Part shown: positions 23,136 to 35,890 of the stretch, in pieces
How positions within the stretch are numbered: the stretch's first letter is position 1
How the letters are laid out: every line of letters begins with the position of its first letter
DNA from: Tubiluchus corallicola
Taxonomy: Eukaryota; Animalia; Priapulida
Direction: 5' to 3'
Assembly (NCBI GenBank): GCA_030141605.1
Contig: JAQGDQ010000626.1
Coordinates: 1-38,375 of the forward strand
Length of the DNA stretch: 38,375 nucleotides
Notes under the pieces: generated by a model
Databases searched by the model: none
Seen by the model: the letters and a program-made list of their open reading frames with translations, nothing else
What the model was told of the DNA's origin: nothing
Program-made: the position numbers and the translations under genes

Positions 23136-23275
23136 GTTCAGGTCCACGAGAGAACCGCAGCAGAGATAAACGCACTTTAACAGAAGCCGAGTATTGGCGT
23201 GAAAAGTCTAGGAAAGAGAGAGAGAAAGTTGGCGAAGAGATTCTTCGGGGCTTTGAGGGGGGGGGGTTTAACTAG
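23136..23275 (+). CDS. Kunitz gene: candidate terminal exon (GSGPRENRSRDKRTLTEAEYWREKSRKEREKVGEEILRGFEGGGFN*)
   Basis: Strong ttttacag acceptor, 46 open codons in phase 1, AATAAA at ~23432. Confidence 0.5.
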
Positions 23276-23963
23276 GCATTTTTAACAACTTCAAAAGTCT
23301 CAGTTGAATTTTATATAAACCACTGATCTTTATTTCTGTAATATGTAAAAAAAATAGAAAGGCAAAGGTGACTGACATTGGCTAATTTAGTTAGATTGTT
23401 ACGTAGTTTAGTACATTCATAAATATCAGTGAATAAATTAAAATAAAATTAATAGAAGTAAACTTACAACGTTGCGGCGTATCTAAATGAAAAATTTCAC
23501 TAGCTTGTACAAGACTCATGTTCACTCATTCAACAGAACAGCATAATGAAAAACGTAACCAGGTCAATGCCAACACTTTAAACTTTCTAGCTAGATGGAG
23601 CCACCTTGGCTACAAAATTAAAATCAGGTTATTAAGTCAGGTTCACACTGGACTTAATACCTACATATGTTTAAAATGTGTTCAAATTGACTTTGCCGTG
23701 GTTCAAAGTGGAGTAGGATACAAAAGATTATCTTGTTTACCCTTAAACAGCTAAGAAACAAAATGGAAAATAATTTGATCGAATTTAGAATTTATTATTG
23801 CCATATACATTATATTACAATGATATAATATTTTATTGACGATTTACAATCAATACAATTACAATTACAAGCTACAAAACATTACATAAACATTGTAATA
23901 CATTACAATGAAGAAAAGAACTACACTGACAAAACCCCACACATGGGGTATAATGGCGAACAC

Positions 23964-24325
23964 CGACGACGACGACGACAACAACAACCAAACGTATCGC
24001 CAACGCCACCACCGCCACCCGCCACCGCCACACCGACAACAACACCAACAACAACACCAACAACAACAACAACACCAACACCAACACCAACAACACCAAC
24101 ACCAACAACACCAACAACACCAACAACACCAACAACACCAACAACACCAACACCAACACCAACACCAACACCAACACCAACAACAACAACAACAACAACA
24201 ACACCAACACCAACACCAACACCAACACCAACACCAACACCAACAACACCAACAACACCAACAACACCAACAACACCAACAACAACACCAACAACAACAA
24301 CAACAACAACAACAAACAACAACAA
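23964..24325. repeat. Compound (AAC/ACC)n microsatellite
   Basis: Directly visible; source of the poly-Q/H, T/P and L/V ORFs. Confidence 0.96.
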
Positions 24326-24711
24326 CATTCTTTTTCTCATTCTTCTTAATCTTAACAGTTCTTACACTTCTTTACAACAAAAAATAATTCTCGATAATCT
24401 GTGCGACACTTTTAATACTTCCATCACAAAGACAAGATGAGAAATTAAAAAAACATTACTATGGATTCGGAGAAAATCATTTCTCTAGTACAACTTGGCT
24501 CTAATACATATAATTGTGATAATTACGATAACACATTGTCTTTGTGAAAGTCATGTTTGAAGTTGTAGATCACTCACTTTGTAGAACAAGAATAAAAAAC
24601 TATACTACATATTTGCACAGAAAAGTGTTTATTAACCACAGACACAGGAGTAGAATGGCTGCTGCACTGAACACTGAACACTGAGAATGAGAGAGTGAGA
24701 GACAGAGAGAC

Positions 24712-24990
<279 letters not shown>

Positions 24991-25029
24991 TAAGAGTAAC
25001 TAGAAAGTAAAACCAGTCAGTATATAGGT

Positions 25030-25213
25030 ATAGGTGACTATGCTGACTTGCACAGGCTTCACAAAACCATTACTTTAAAATAGGTAGAGATCCAGTGAAT
25101 ATGCATTCACTGGACCGTACAATTATACTGGGGGTGAGTTTAGCTAGTAAAATGTAAAAGGATTAGTTCATAGATGGCAGCACCTAAAAAATATACAATT
25201 ACATTATCCACAG
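25030..25213 (-). repeat. Dispersed repeat with 24-bp palindrome, copy 2
   Basis: Reverse-complement homologue of 10863-11035; palindrome at 25091-25114. Confidence 0.8.
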
Positions 25214-25215
25214 TC

Positions 25216-26085
25216 TTAGTTATTTAATCTTGTAGACGTCAACAAACAACGAAATGCGTGACGAAAATCTTCATTTTTCCAGGCGTAAACAATCGGGTTA
25301 AGGGCAGAATTACCGTAGATGATTAGAAAATTGACCTGCAGAAACCAACGTGTATCACAAGTAGAACACGCTCCTTTGACGACCATTAGCATGGCATACA
25401 AAACAGCCGAAATTGTAAAACCAAGCATGACGATACCAATGGTGGTGGTTGCTTTATTTTCCTTCAATGGTGCAGAATCTTGTGGTGCCTGTAAGGCTTG
25501 AAACTCGGTTGTTATGCGATTAAACTGCCTGGTAGCTTCCCGCCATATTTTCAGATAAACAATTATCAGAACAATAGAAGGAATGAAATTAAAGAGCAAA
25601 GTTATAATTAAAAAAACAACAGTACCTTTGGTAACGTCAACAGTATCGTTTCCCGGTGGTGCTGATAACATTACACCCACGGGAATAACTACACTGAAAC
25701 ACCACGCGATCACTATTGTCCACCTAGCGGCCTTTGCTGTAACTAATCGTGAATACTGCAACGGTCTCATTACGGCAATGTAGCGTTCGAATGCAACGGC
25801 ACCCAGATTGTATAAACTGCAAGTTGCGAAGTAAAAATCCAGCGGTACTGTGTAGATTGTTCTGCAATTTTCGTCTACGATACAGTAAAGAGATTTGAAC
25901 ACAATGACAGCTCCATACAGCATGTCTGCTACTGCAAGAGATGCAAGTAGATAGTTGCGGCAGAACTGCAACCTGTTGAACTTAGCTACGGATGTTATCA
26001 CTAAAGCATTGCCTGCGACGGCTGCTCCGCCTATGATTGTAGCTACAATGTTATACAAAACTTGAAACTTCTCGCTTTTATCCAT
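25216..26085 (-). CDS. Intronless class A (rhodopsin-like) GPCR, aminergic/adenosine-receptor-like orphan
   Basis: 289-aa ORF with seven hydrophobic segments, TM1 GN, TM2 LAVAD, TM3 ERY, TM4 W, TM7 NSALNPIVY and helix 8 FRHAF. Confidence 0.93.
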   Translation of the reverse strand: MDKSEKFQVLYNIVATIIGGAAVAGNALVITSVAKFNRLQFCRNYLLASLAVADMLYGAVIVFKSLYCIVDENCRTIYTVPLDFYFATCSLYNLGAVAFERYIAVMRPLQYSRLVTAKAARWTIVIAWCFSVVIPVGVMLSAPPGNDTVDVTKGTVVFLIITLLFNFIPSIVLIIVYLKIWREATRQFNRITTEFQALQAPQDSAPLKENKATTTIGIVMLGFTISAVLYAMLMVVKGACSTCDTRWFLQVNFLIIYGNSALNPIVYAWKNEDFRHAFRCLLTSTRLNN

Positions 26086-26337
26086 GTTTCTCTCCGGTTA
26101 AATTGGATTTCAATCATTTCATGATACAGTTATTATTCTCGCAAATTTCAATTATTACTTCACAGGGTTTTTTCCAAGACTTCGGTTTTTGAGATTGCCC
26201 ACTCTGCACCCGATTTTGCAAAAATAATGTGGCGCACAATCATGAGTCAATGGCTTCCACCCGCCAGGCTGAAGTTAGTCCCAAGTACAACATCAATGCG
26301 GTGTTTGCTTCCAAGTACAGCAGCGAGTGTTGTAAAT

Positions 26338-26653
26338 AACGACGCTCATCAAAAGGACTTTTCTTTTTTGTTCACTTGCAACTACAGTGACCATGCGCAT
26401 GTAACAACGCTCTTCAAAAGGACTTTTCTTTTTTGTTCACTTGCAATTACAGTGACCATGCGCATGTAACGACGCTCTTCAAAAGGACTTTTCTTTTTTG
26501 TTCACATACAATTACAGTGACCATATGCATGTAACGACGCTCTTCAAAAGGACCTTTCTTTTTTGTTCACATACAACTAGAGTGACCATATGCATGTAAC
26601 GACGCTCATCAAAAGGACTTTTCTTTTTTGTTCACGTGCAACTACAGTGACCA
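26338..26653. repeat. 65-bp minisatellite (~5 units) upstream of the GPCR
   Basis: GACGCTC(A/T)TCAAAAGGACTTTTC... at 26341, 26406, 26471, 26536 and 26601. Confidence 0.93.
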
Positions 26654-27787
26654 CTCATCTCGCATTCACCTATTGCATCAGAACTCCAGTCTTAGAAAAG
26701 ACATTAGTATTGTACTTCTTTGATATCCAATCGTTTGTGATACTTTGGCGTTCAGCGCGCATGCGCATAAAATGCGTTCTTTCTGAAATCAAATGCGCAC
26801 GATATCGTGTATGCGTAACGCAGAAGTGTTGAAATTGACTGGTTAGTTGATGAAATATTAGGATAATATTGAAACCTGGTAAAAACACAACTGTCTGTCT
26901 GTCCTATCCTGTGTGCTACGTCGAGGTTTGATCCAGGCTTCGCGGATTCAGATTTAAACTCAGCGACTTTTTTCATATTCCCTTTCTTTTAGTTAAACTT
27001 GGCTTCAAAATTTACAATTGCGGTCTAATCTGCTACACGCTACAATAATATTAGCAACCAGACAATTGCGTGCATAATAAAGTATATTTATTAAACTAAT
27101 TAGGAATTTAAACAAAGAAAATCAGAGCAGCAAGACAGTCTAGAATGCAGAACACTCCTTAGCAATCACCGAGATCTTTGATCTACATAAACCATATCTA
27201 TGGTATTGTTACACCTTCCCTTCTTTAAAGTTGAAAACAAATTCTGTTAACTAAGTCAAGCTAAATAAGTGTTCACCTAGAATTTAGAAGTAGTATTAAC
27301 TGTAGTTGACAGTGTGCCTACTGGCAAGTAAATCAAGTGCTAGTGAACTCAATGAATAATCCCGAGTAAAGTAGTATACAAATGTTACTAAAACTTAAAC
27401 CAACTTTGAGCATCAAGAAACACATTAAGTACAACACTTCTTGTTTAGATTTCACAAACAACGTTAATAAGAACTTAAGTTTTTCAATTTCTACAGTGAA
27501 TTTCAATTGAAATCACTTTTATTCTCATTGAAAACCTAGACTTGAACTTCAAATCCATCAGTAACTCCAATAACTGAAATAAAAATAGTAACTGTCAGTC
27601 TATCTCTTAACAATGCAACATAGGCACGTATTAAAATTAACTGATTGTATCTAAACTTGTGCAAAAGTTGCAAAATGTAAAATGATAATACAGATCAATA
27701 AACTATAATACTGCAAGTAAATAAGTATAATGTTCTTAATTCTCATCGTTCCTAGTCACTAAACAATTTGACAAACAAATCCTTTTG

Positions 27788-28080
27788 ACGTATTTTTGTT
27801 TAAAATACAGCAATTTAAAATTTTACTTAATTAGCAACATGTATGCTACGGTTGCTCTGATAATTTTTACAAATTTTACGTAATGTTATCTAAACTTGTT
27901 TCAAACGACCTACCATTAAAATGGCTGCGCCTAACTGTCGTCGCGGGAGTTTAAATTTACACGTTTTGTACAGCGTTACTGCCGATGCAAGCCCTGCATA
28001 CGAAAAGGTAGTATGTAAGTGGTATAAAATTTCGAGACGAATTTTTTAAGCTTTATGTAAGTGGAGGGTTTTCTTGTGCT
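27788..28080. mobile_element. Partial copy of the TTAA-flanked element at 9929-10604
   Basis: Colinear with ~10310-10604 and ends GTGCT|TTAA. Confidence 0.65.
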
Positions 28081-29689
28081 TTAAATGACAGACATCCACT
28101 AATGCACACAATAGTTATATATTTTCCTTTCAACTTTTACTTCAATCGTAAGTAACAAAATCAATGGTCAAGTAGATTGTGGTCATTTCACCTGTAACAC
28201 TGACCAGTAACACATGTACAGTGTCAATGTTTAAACAGGAGGCAAAATGTGACATATCCGTAATACAGAAACAATTATAAAATTCCATATTCTTCACGCA
28301 TGCGTACAACAACAAGCGGCAGAATCTAATGAAGTAAAATTTATTACGGCCTATAATTGTATTTGATATTTTTTCCTCTTTCATAGCGGTTAAGTACACC
28401 GCATAGTGGTTAGTGAATCATTACATCACCCAAGGGTTTGCTGTCTACCAAGCAGTCCGGGGGAAAAATTGTTGCACACATTCAAACGGGATTAAAGGTT
28501 AGATACTTGTCAGTCTTTTTTTGTTTAAAAACGGGAGCTTATAAGAAAAATTCTCCTTAATCAGAATGATCAGATACATTTAGATGGTTGTCGACCTTCG
28601 GGGGACTTCGTGACTTTTCGTAAGTGCATCGTGGCTTTCCGTAAGTGCATCGTGGCTTTCCGTAAGCGCGCGCTGCTTAAACTATTTGAAGCTTACCCAA
28701 TGTTCACGCAAAAATAGCACGAAATAGCTATCTAATTCGTACGTAAAAACGTATTATACTTTTGATGAACATTAACACTGCGTTAATTTTCTTCAAGACG
28801 AATGACGTCATTGGAAGAAGCATGGACATTGAAAATGACAGCGTCCAAGGATGAAATGCTCGCGACTTTAAAGTGATTTTACTAGTTATGGTGCTTATTG
28901 CAGTTTTATTACTAAATCGTTCTAACATTTTTTTGCAAACATTGAAATAAGACTAACCTTCTAGAAAGGTTGACTTTTCCTTTAATGAACAACAAAAAGA
29001 CACGCAAACCTCTAAGTCACGTGACGAACCATCGTTGTGGTCGGTAATGAAGAACATCTGATACATGATGTATGTGTTATCATTGTTCAATTGAGACTGA
29101 GTGGCCATGTCATTAAATGATTAAGCTTCGATTTTATTCCTATTCGCGTCAACTAAAAAGAAATGTACTCTCTAGCACGAGGTTACCTGCTAACAGTAAC
29201 CCGTTGTATTCTGTCTCATACAAACTTAGATCAAACTGAGAAAGCTTTAATCAGGTACGTTAAAAACGAAAAAGAAGATCATATTAACTCAGCATGGTGG
29301 CGCTGAGAGCAGAATTTGTTTAGTGTTGTGGAGATTTCACACGAATTTGTCTATGAAACTTAAATACTGAAACTCTCCAATAGCATCTTTCTGTTGTGAA
29401 ATCTAACAGTACTTCTTTTTGTATACTCTATCCATTGTCCTTGTGAAGAATTCCCGCCTTGTGAGAGCGATATTGTGAAATGCTGAAGGAGCTTTCACGC
29501 TTGGCCGCTTGGGTGCGCTGCTGCCAGGGAGAGCTTACACTTGTGAGATAGTGTTTGGTTTAGACGATTCACCTGTGGCTCCCAGCGTGAACTTGTGTGT
29601 AGAACTTCAGTCTCCAGCAGCAGACGGAGGAAACGCACACGTTCTAAGGGAAGGTAAGTTTAGCATTCTCTAATGATACGGAAAAATAC

Positions 29690-30122
<433 letters not shown>

Positions 30123-30573
30123 TAATGATATTCGAAAGCAACTGCAGCATATTAACATGATGATGACTTGATCAAATTGTCTCTTTGTAAACAACAGTGA
30201 ACAAAATGCTGCCAAACTCTAACGTCCATTTTAATATTCATGACATGTAGTGATAGACTGATAACTTTTAACTGCATTATAACTGTAATAATAATAATTA
30301 TTATACGATAATAATTAGTGCATTTGCTAATAGTGTTTGAGGCAAAATAGTCAAAACTTGTAACATGAAAATCTAACATGCAAAATTATCAAAAAGGAGC
30401 GTTCACACTTACACAGTTTTGTAACAAAAATCAGTAGGACTGTGTTTCTCGTTGCATGTATATCAGATACACAAGGTGATGAGGAAATCAAATTCTTAAT
30501 ATTAAAATAACGGCCAGCATCCCGTTTGAAACGTTGCAGATGTTTTTATTGGAGCAACAATACTGTTGCTTAA

Positions 30574-31200
30574 CCCTTATAGGGTCACCGTGGGGTTAAA
30601 AGTTACCCTCAGACCCAATTTTGCATTTTACCCTTTTACCATACGCATCCCAGTAAACCTTTTCTATGACATTTTCTAAATATGTTTTGTGCACAAAATA
30701 CTTTCAGTTATTTATTTTAGGCGCATTGTCTCACCACGGAATAAAAGTGAAAATGCAATAGGTCGATTTTTTAAAATTGTCGAAACTTTACTTCGCTTGT
30801 CTATACATTATACGGGCGATGTATCTGATAAGACAAAATGTCAGTTACTCAAATTACTTCACTTCACCTAAAAGAAGAAAGTAGTAGACAATAAATTCAA
30901 AATAACAATGATTTTTGCACACGCGCTAGTAATGTCGGTTGTCTACAGTTACTCCAGCATAGATAAGGGAACGTAACTAAGTGAATTTAAATTTCGTATT
31001 ACTAGTAAGTCACGTGACTTTAAGCAGAGGTATAATGTATCCTATGGTGGTCAGCATAACCACAAATTATGCTGTTGCTGTTTACTAATGAAACACGGCG
31101 GTTTATCAAAAGTAATTTACGAATTATGGTGGGGGTAATTTTTTACACCCCCCCCCCCAGGTTACCAAAATCGGTTGTAAAAATCGTGACCCTATAAGGG
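30574..31200. mobile_element. piggyBac-like MITE
   Basis: Perfect 15-bp TIR CCCTTATAGGGTCAC/GTGACCCTATAAGGG with TTAA on both sides. Confidence 0.88.
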
Positions 31201-31391
31201 TTAAGTGGGTACTAGTAGCTCTTTTTCACATCAGGCACAGTTTGCCCAATTCCACTAAATACTCACGATAATTTGAAAAAAATGTATTCAGTTACTCTTG
31301 CAGTAATAGGAGAAACCTTCTCACGGTGTTCCATTGCTCATTTTTCTCTTCAGGATAATTGGCTGTCACAGCGCTAAATCAAACAGAAAAG

Positions 31392-31610
31392 CCAGGTGAC
31401 CAGCAGAGTGACCAACCGCATCGACCACCAGGTGAGCAGCAGAGTGACCAACCGCATCGACCACCAGGTGACCAGCAGAGTGACCAACCCCATCGACCAC
31501 CAGGTGACCAGCAGAGTGACCAACCGCATCGATCACCAGGTGACCAGCAGAGTGACCAACCTCATCGACCTCCAGGTGACCAGCAGAGTGACCAACCTCA
31601 TCGACCACCA
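31392..31610. repeat. 36-bp minisatellite (6 units)
   Basis: CCAGGTGACCAGCAGAGTGACCAACCGCATCGACCA repeated. Confidence 0.93.
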
Positions 31611-32039
31611 GATACCACGAGTTGTCGACCTGCACATCAACATCAAAGCTAAACAACCCGAGAGTGATGAAATATGCCTGCAAATGAATGAACAATTGAC
31701 GTCGGATAAACTTAACCTACGTTTGCTTGCGTGATGAAAATAACCACTCTGTGAGAAATTATTACTAAACTCGGTGACCAGATAAGGTGAGTCTTACTAT
31801 TGAATTACATTAGTCATTACATAATCTATATGATTAACGTATTAATATATTATCTCATGATGAGATGTTTAACGTTCAGAGGGGTGATCGTGATTTAGCC
31901 TCTCTCACGAAGTATGTGATCACGTTTGGTGTAACAACCCGCACATTTTCCTTTAAAATATTAAAATGAAAACTGTTATAGCTGATCAGAAATCAGATCA
32001 GAAATTAATCTATTTCAAAGAAGAAACTACAGGAACATT

Positions 32040-32990
32040 CCAGAAAAAATATCAAATCAGAACTTTTATAATAAAGTCAAAGGCAGAGGACTGGACAGTT
32101 AAAATCAAAAGGAAAAGATTAAAATGGACAGGACATGTTATACGACTACCAGATGACAGTCCATTAAAATTAGCTTTCAAAGAAGCACTGCACGAAGAAA
32201 AGAAGCTGCAAGAAGGACAGCTGCTGACTTACATCAATTTCATCCAAAAAGATCTTATCAACACACAATTAGATAGCAGAAATACAGAAACATGGGAGGT
32301 TGCGGGTGACAAGGCACCATGGAGTAAAGTGATCAGGGGGTCATGTCAAACGACGTGTGACTCCAGAGACATGGGAGGTTGTGGGTGACAGGGCACCATG
32401 GAGTAAAGTGATCAGGGGGTCATGTCAAACGACGTGTGACTCCAGAGACATGGGAGGTTGTGGGTGACAAGGCACCATGGAGTAAAGTGATCAGGAGGGT
32501 CATGTCAAACGACGTGTGACTCCAGGAGATGATGATGATGATGATGATGATGATGAAGAAGAGGAGGACAGCTGCTGACTTACATCAATTTCATTAAAAA
32601 AGATCTTATCAACACACCATTAGATATCAAAAATACAGAGACATGGAAGGTTGCGGGAGACAGGGCAACATGGAGTTAATGGAAGGTTGTGGGTTATAGG
32701 GCAACATGGAGTTAATGGAAGGTTGTGGGTTATAGGGCAACATGGAGTTAATGGGAGGTTGTGGGCGACAGGGCAACATGGACTAAATGGGAGGTTGTGG
32801 GTGGCAGGGCAACATGGAGTTAATGGGAGGTTGTGGGTGACAGGGCAACATGAAGTTAATGGGAGGTTGTGGGCGACAGGGCAACATGGACTAAATGGGA
32901 GGTTGTGGGTGGCAGGGTAACAATGGTCTGAAGTGATTGCACGAGTCACATCAGAGGGCCTCTGACTCCAATGATGATGATGATGATGGC
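32040..32990 (+). mobile_element. RTE-clade LINE 3' fragment with tandemly amplified tail
   Basis: IKRKRLKWTGHVIRLPDDSP...IQKDL...WEVAGDKAPW is a typical RTE ORF end; 79-bp x3 (32291-32525) and 36-bp x~8 (32645-32925) repeats; (GAT)n tails at ~32528 and ~32971. Confidence 0.8.
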
Positions 32991-34254
32991 GGTGGTACAG
33001 CTGCAGATATTAATTCTCTTTCTGCTTGCACTGCGCTAAAAAACTACAAGGTCTAGTCAAATCTGTTGTCATGTTGATAATGGGCATTACTCATCTCAGA
33101 AATGATACACCAGCAAGGAATAATTTGTCAAGTCATTTCAAACCTGTTCTTAAATATCATTACGTATAATGACTTACAAAGAAAATAAACGGAGAGTGAA
33201 GAAGTAGAAATGTGGCAGTTGGTAATTTTCACATCCGCAACGATTTTCTCAAATTTATGCAGTTTGTCAGTTAAAATTGGTCTCCAGACTCCATGAGATT
33301 GACACGTGAATTTTCTACTGTGTTTTCAATAAACCCAGATTGAAGTAAACTCAATTGATGCTTCAATGACGTTTCTTTTTCGTAATATCTGAAAGTAATT
33401 AGAAACAATTCCTTAGTAAGCTTTTTCACAGTTCCTGCGATTGATGATGATCGTGAGAAGGTCAGAGGTTAAGCGTGCTAGTCAACGCATTTGTGTATGC
33501 TTGACAACGCCTTGCAGCCCAAGCTACTGTAAGCTACTGTGAAAAGTAACAGTTTTAAAAGCAATCTAGAACATTACCCAGTTTATTTTTTCTTGTTCCA
33601 AGCAAGATCCTGCTAGTAAATCACTCTAGGCACAGACTAATGCACAATTGAACAAAGACGACGTAAAACAACTGAAGTTACTGAAAAAATATGGCAGACA
33701 GCATTGTTTTACTCACATGTCACGTGACGGTTGTAGTTGAGACACGTTGCTGTGATACACTTAACCTTTGACCTGCAGCAACTGCGCGTGCGCATAACGA
33801 AACTGTTAAAAGGTTCATTGTGCTTAGAATGGCTGCAGCTCTGCAAGCCGTATAATTACAACGGTTATTAGCATATATTTAAGAATCTTTAGACGCTCTG
33901 TTTACAAAGTAATACGATGTGATTGATATCTCCTTAAAGTTTCCATTCTCTTTCTAATGGGAAATGGACCAGGATGGCACCATGCAGTGTCGCTCACAAT
34001 TTATGAACGAAAAGTTCTGAAATGGTTAATCAACGACCAGTGCCGCCAATAGGAAGATTAGTAAACTAATAGATGCTACTACGGCTTTAAAATAACGCCA
34101 CTCATACGCCAGTACAGCGTCACGTACGACATACAAAGAAAGACAAATTCACGAAAGTCTTTTTATAAACTCGCGTGTTAAGAATGTTTCATTCTCATTT
34201 AACTAAGCTGCAAAATTTGCAGTCATTTGACAATATGAAGTCAATCAACCTTAA

Positions 34255-34608
34255 CCCTTTCAGTCCCAAATTATTTCTTAATAAGAAAAACTTTTTTAAA
34301 AACACAGCAAAAGCGAAAAATGTGCTTCATTTTGCAACTGCTGATAATTTTTTAAAGTATTTAAGACATTTAGTATGCACGCTATGCTGATCTGTACAAA
34401 GTCGTCTCTAAAGTACTGTACCTTGCGCAGTTTTTTATGCTATGTAGATTTTCTAGTTTGCCATTTTATCATCATTTTTAGTCTATTGTTATTGGCTTAA
34501 ATCGAAATAACTATTAACACATCAAATAACTGTCAGTTTTAAAATTTTATAAATTTTAAAGGCAGAAAATATTCTCGTATCCCACGGGATACAACGGGTA
34601 TGAAAGGG
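34255..34608. mobile_element. piggyBac-like MITE (second family)
   Basis: TTAA|CCCTTTCAGTCCC ... GGGTATGAAAGGG|TTAA. Confidence 0.75.
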
Positions 34609-35270
34609 TTAATTATTAATGAATTTGAGAAAACGATCATCAACAACTGCTATTGTAAGCCATCAACCCGTAAGCTTCGTTTCTTACAGCAAAATGAACG
34701 TGATTTTGCCTCCGTTTAATCTCATTATTGCTATACCTTTCAGCAAAATCACGATTTGTTTACCTGCAAGTAAATTTGGACTAAATTTCAATGGAGTCTG
34801 ACGGTTCATTAAATTCCATCGCATGTCATTACACCAGCCATTCACTGATGTGTGTTTAAACTTCATCTTCATACGTGATGCTGTGACTGCTCACCCAGCT
34901 TACCTGGCGGTACCTGTACAATTAGATCGCTGAACTTTTCAATATTTGGACAATATACAGTAGTATGAGAGCAAAGAAGAGAGATCCACATGGACACGTA
35001 CTGCACATTCCAAACGCATGTCACCTCTAGTCCTGGGTCTATTTTCAAGCTTTTTACATGAAATGAAACCTGTATAATAGTCAATCCAGGTGAATTAACA
35101 CCATTACATTTGCAAAAGTTTAAGACCAAAGTGATTTTTTTCATGAAAATTGACAAAACCATCGTTTAACACGGTTCATTCTAAAAACTATTCATTTATT
35201 CTTTTAGAAAAATACACTACAGCATAGTTTGTATGTTTTCATCCAAAAATAGTCACAGTCCTTGAACATT

Positions 35271-35512
35271 TTAGTACTTTGTATGGCCGCCGAAGTTGTC
35301 AATCACTGCCTTCATCCTAAGAGGCATACTGGAAATTAGGTTTTGGCAGTACTTGGAAGTAATTTCTTTAACCCAAACGTCCTTGATAACTCTTTGCAAG
35401 TCTTCAGCACTTGATGGCTGTCTGTCTGCTACCTTATCCTTCAATATCTCCCAGAGATTCTCTATCGGATTGAGGTCCGGGCTGTTTCCAGGCCATTCAA
35501 GTACGGCGATGT
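35271..35512 (-). mobile_element. Tc1-family transposase C-terminal remnant
   Basis: VLEWPGNSPDLNPIENLW...GGHTKY* are hallmark Tc1 motifs; the upstream catalytic region is absent. Confidence 0.88.
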
Positions 35513-35890
35513 CTTCTCCCTGAGGAAATTGGTGATCACCTTCGATCTGTGACAAGGAGCTGATCACTTATGAACGCTCATATGCAATTCTAGTTAAAAG
35601 TCTTAGATAAAAATATTCAATAGTTATAGCTATACTTCTAGCTGTATTTTTTAGGGAAATTCGGAATTACCTTCTTTCGTCTTTCAGTTTTGGGCGCTCG
35701 ATGAAGCCACCTGAGTTGTGAATGTCCAACTTTTTCCAGCCAACTTACAAGATATTTCGTAAAGTCATTAGAACTTGAATTACAAAAGTCGTATAATCAT
35801 CAACTCTCATTTTTTTCAATAAAAAATCGTGCATTTCAGTCAGCTTAACAAAGCAGGCAACTGAAAAGTCGTTGTCTGTAGAATTTTACC

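Noticed and set aside
31359-31734. Repeat-protein ORFs (PGDQQSDQPHRP etc.)
   Set aside because: A 36-bp minisatellite open in multiple frames; no ATG, and stops follow the nearby acceptor in all phases.
35640-35830. Possible Tc1 N-terminal remnant upstream of the transposase fragment
   Set aside because: Too degenerate to support by eye; no TIRs found.
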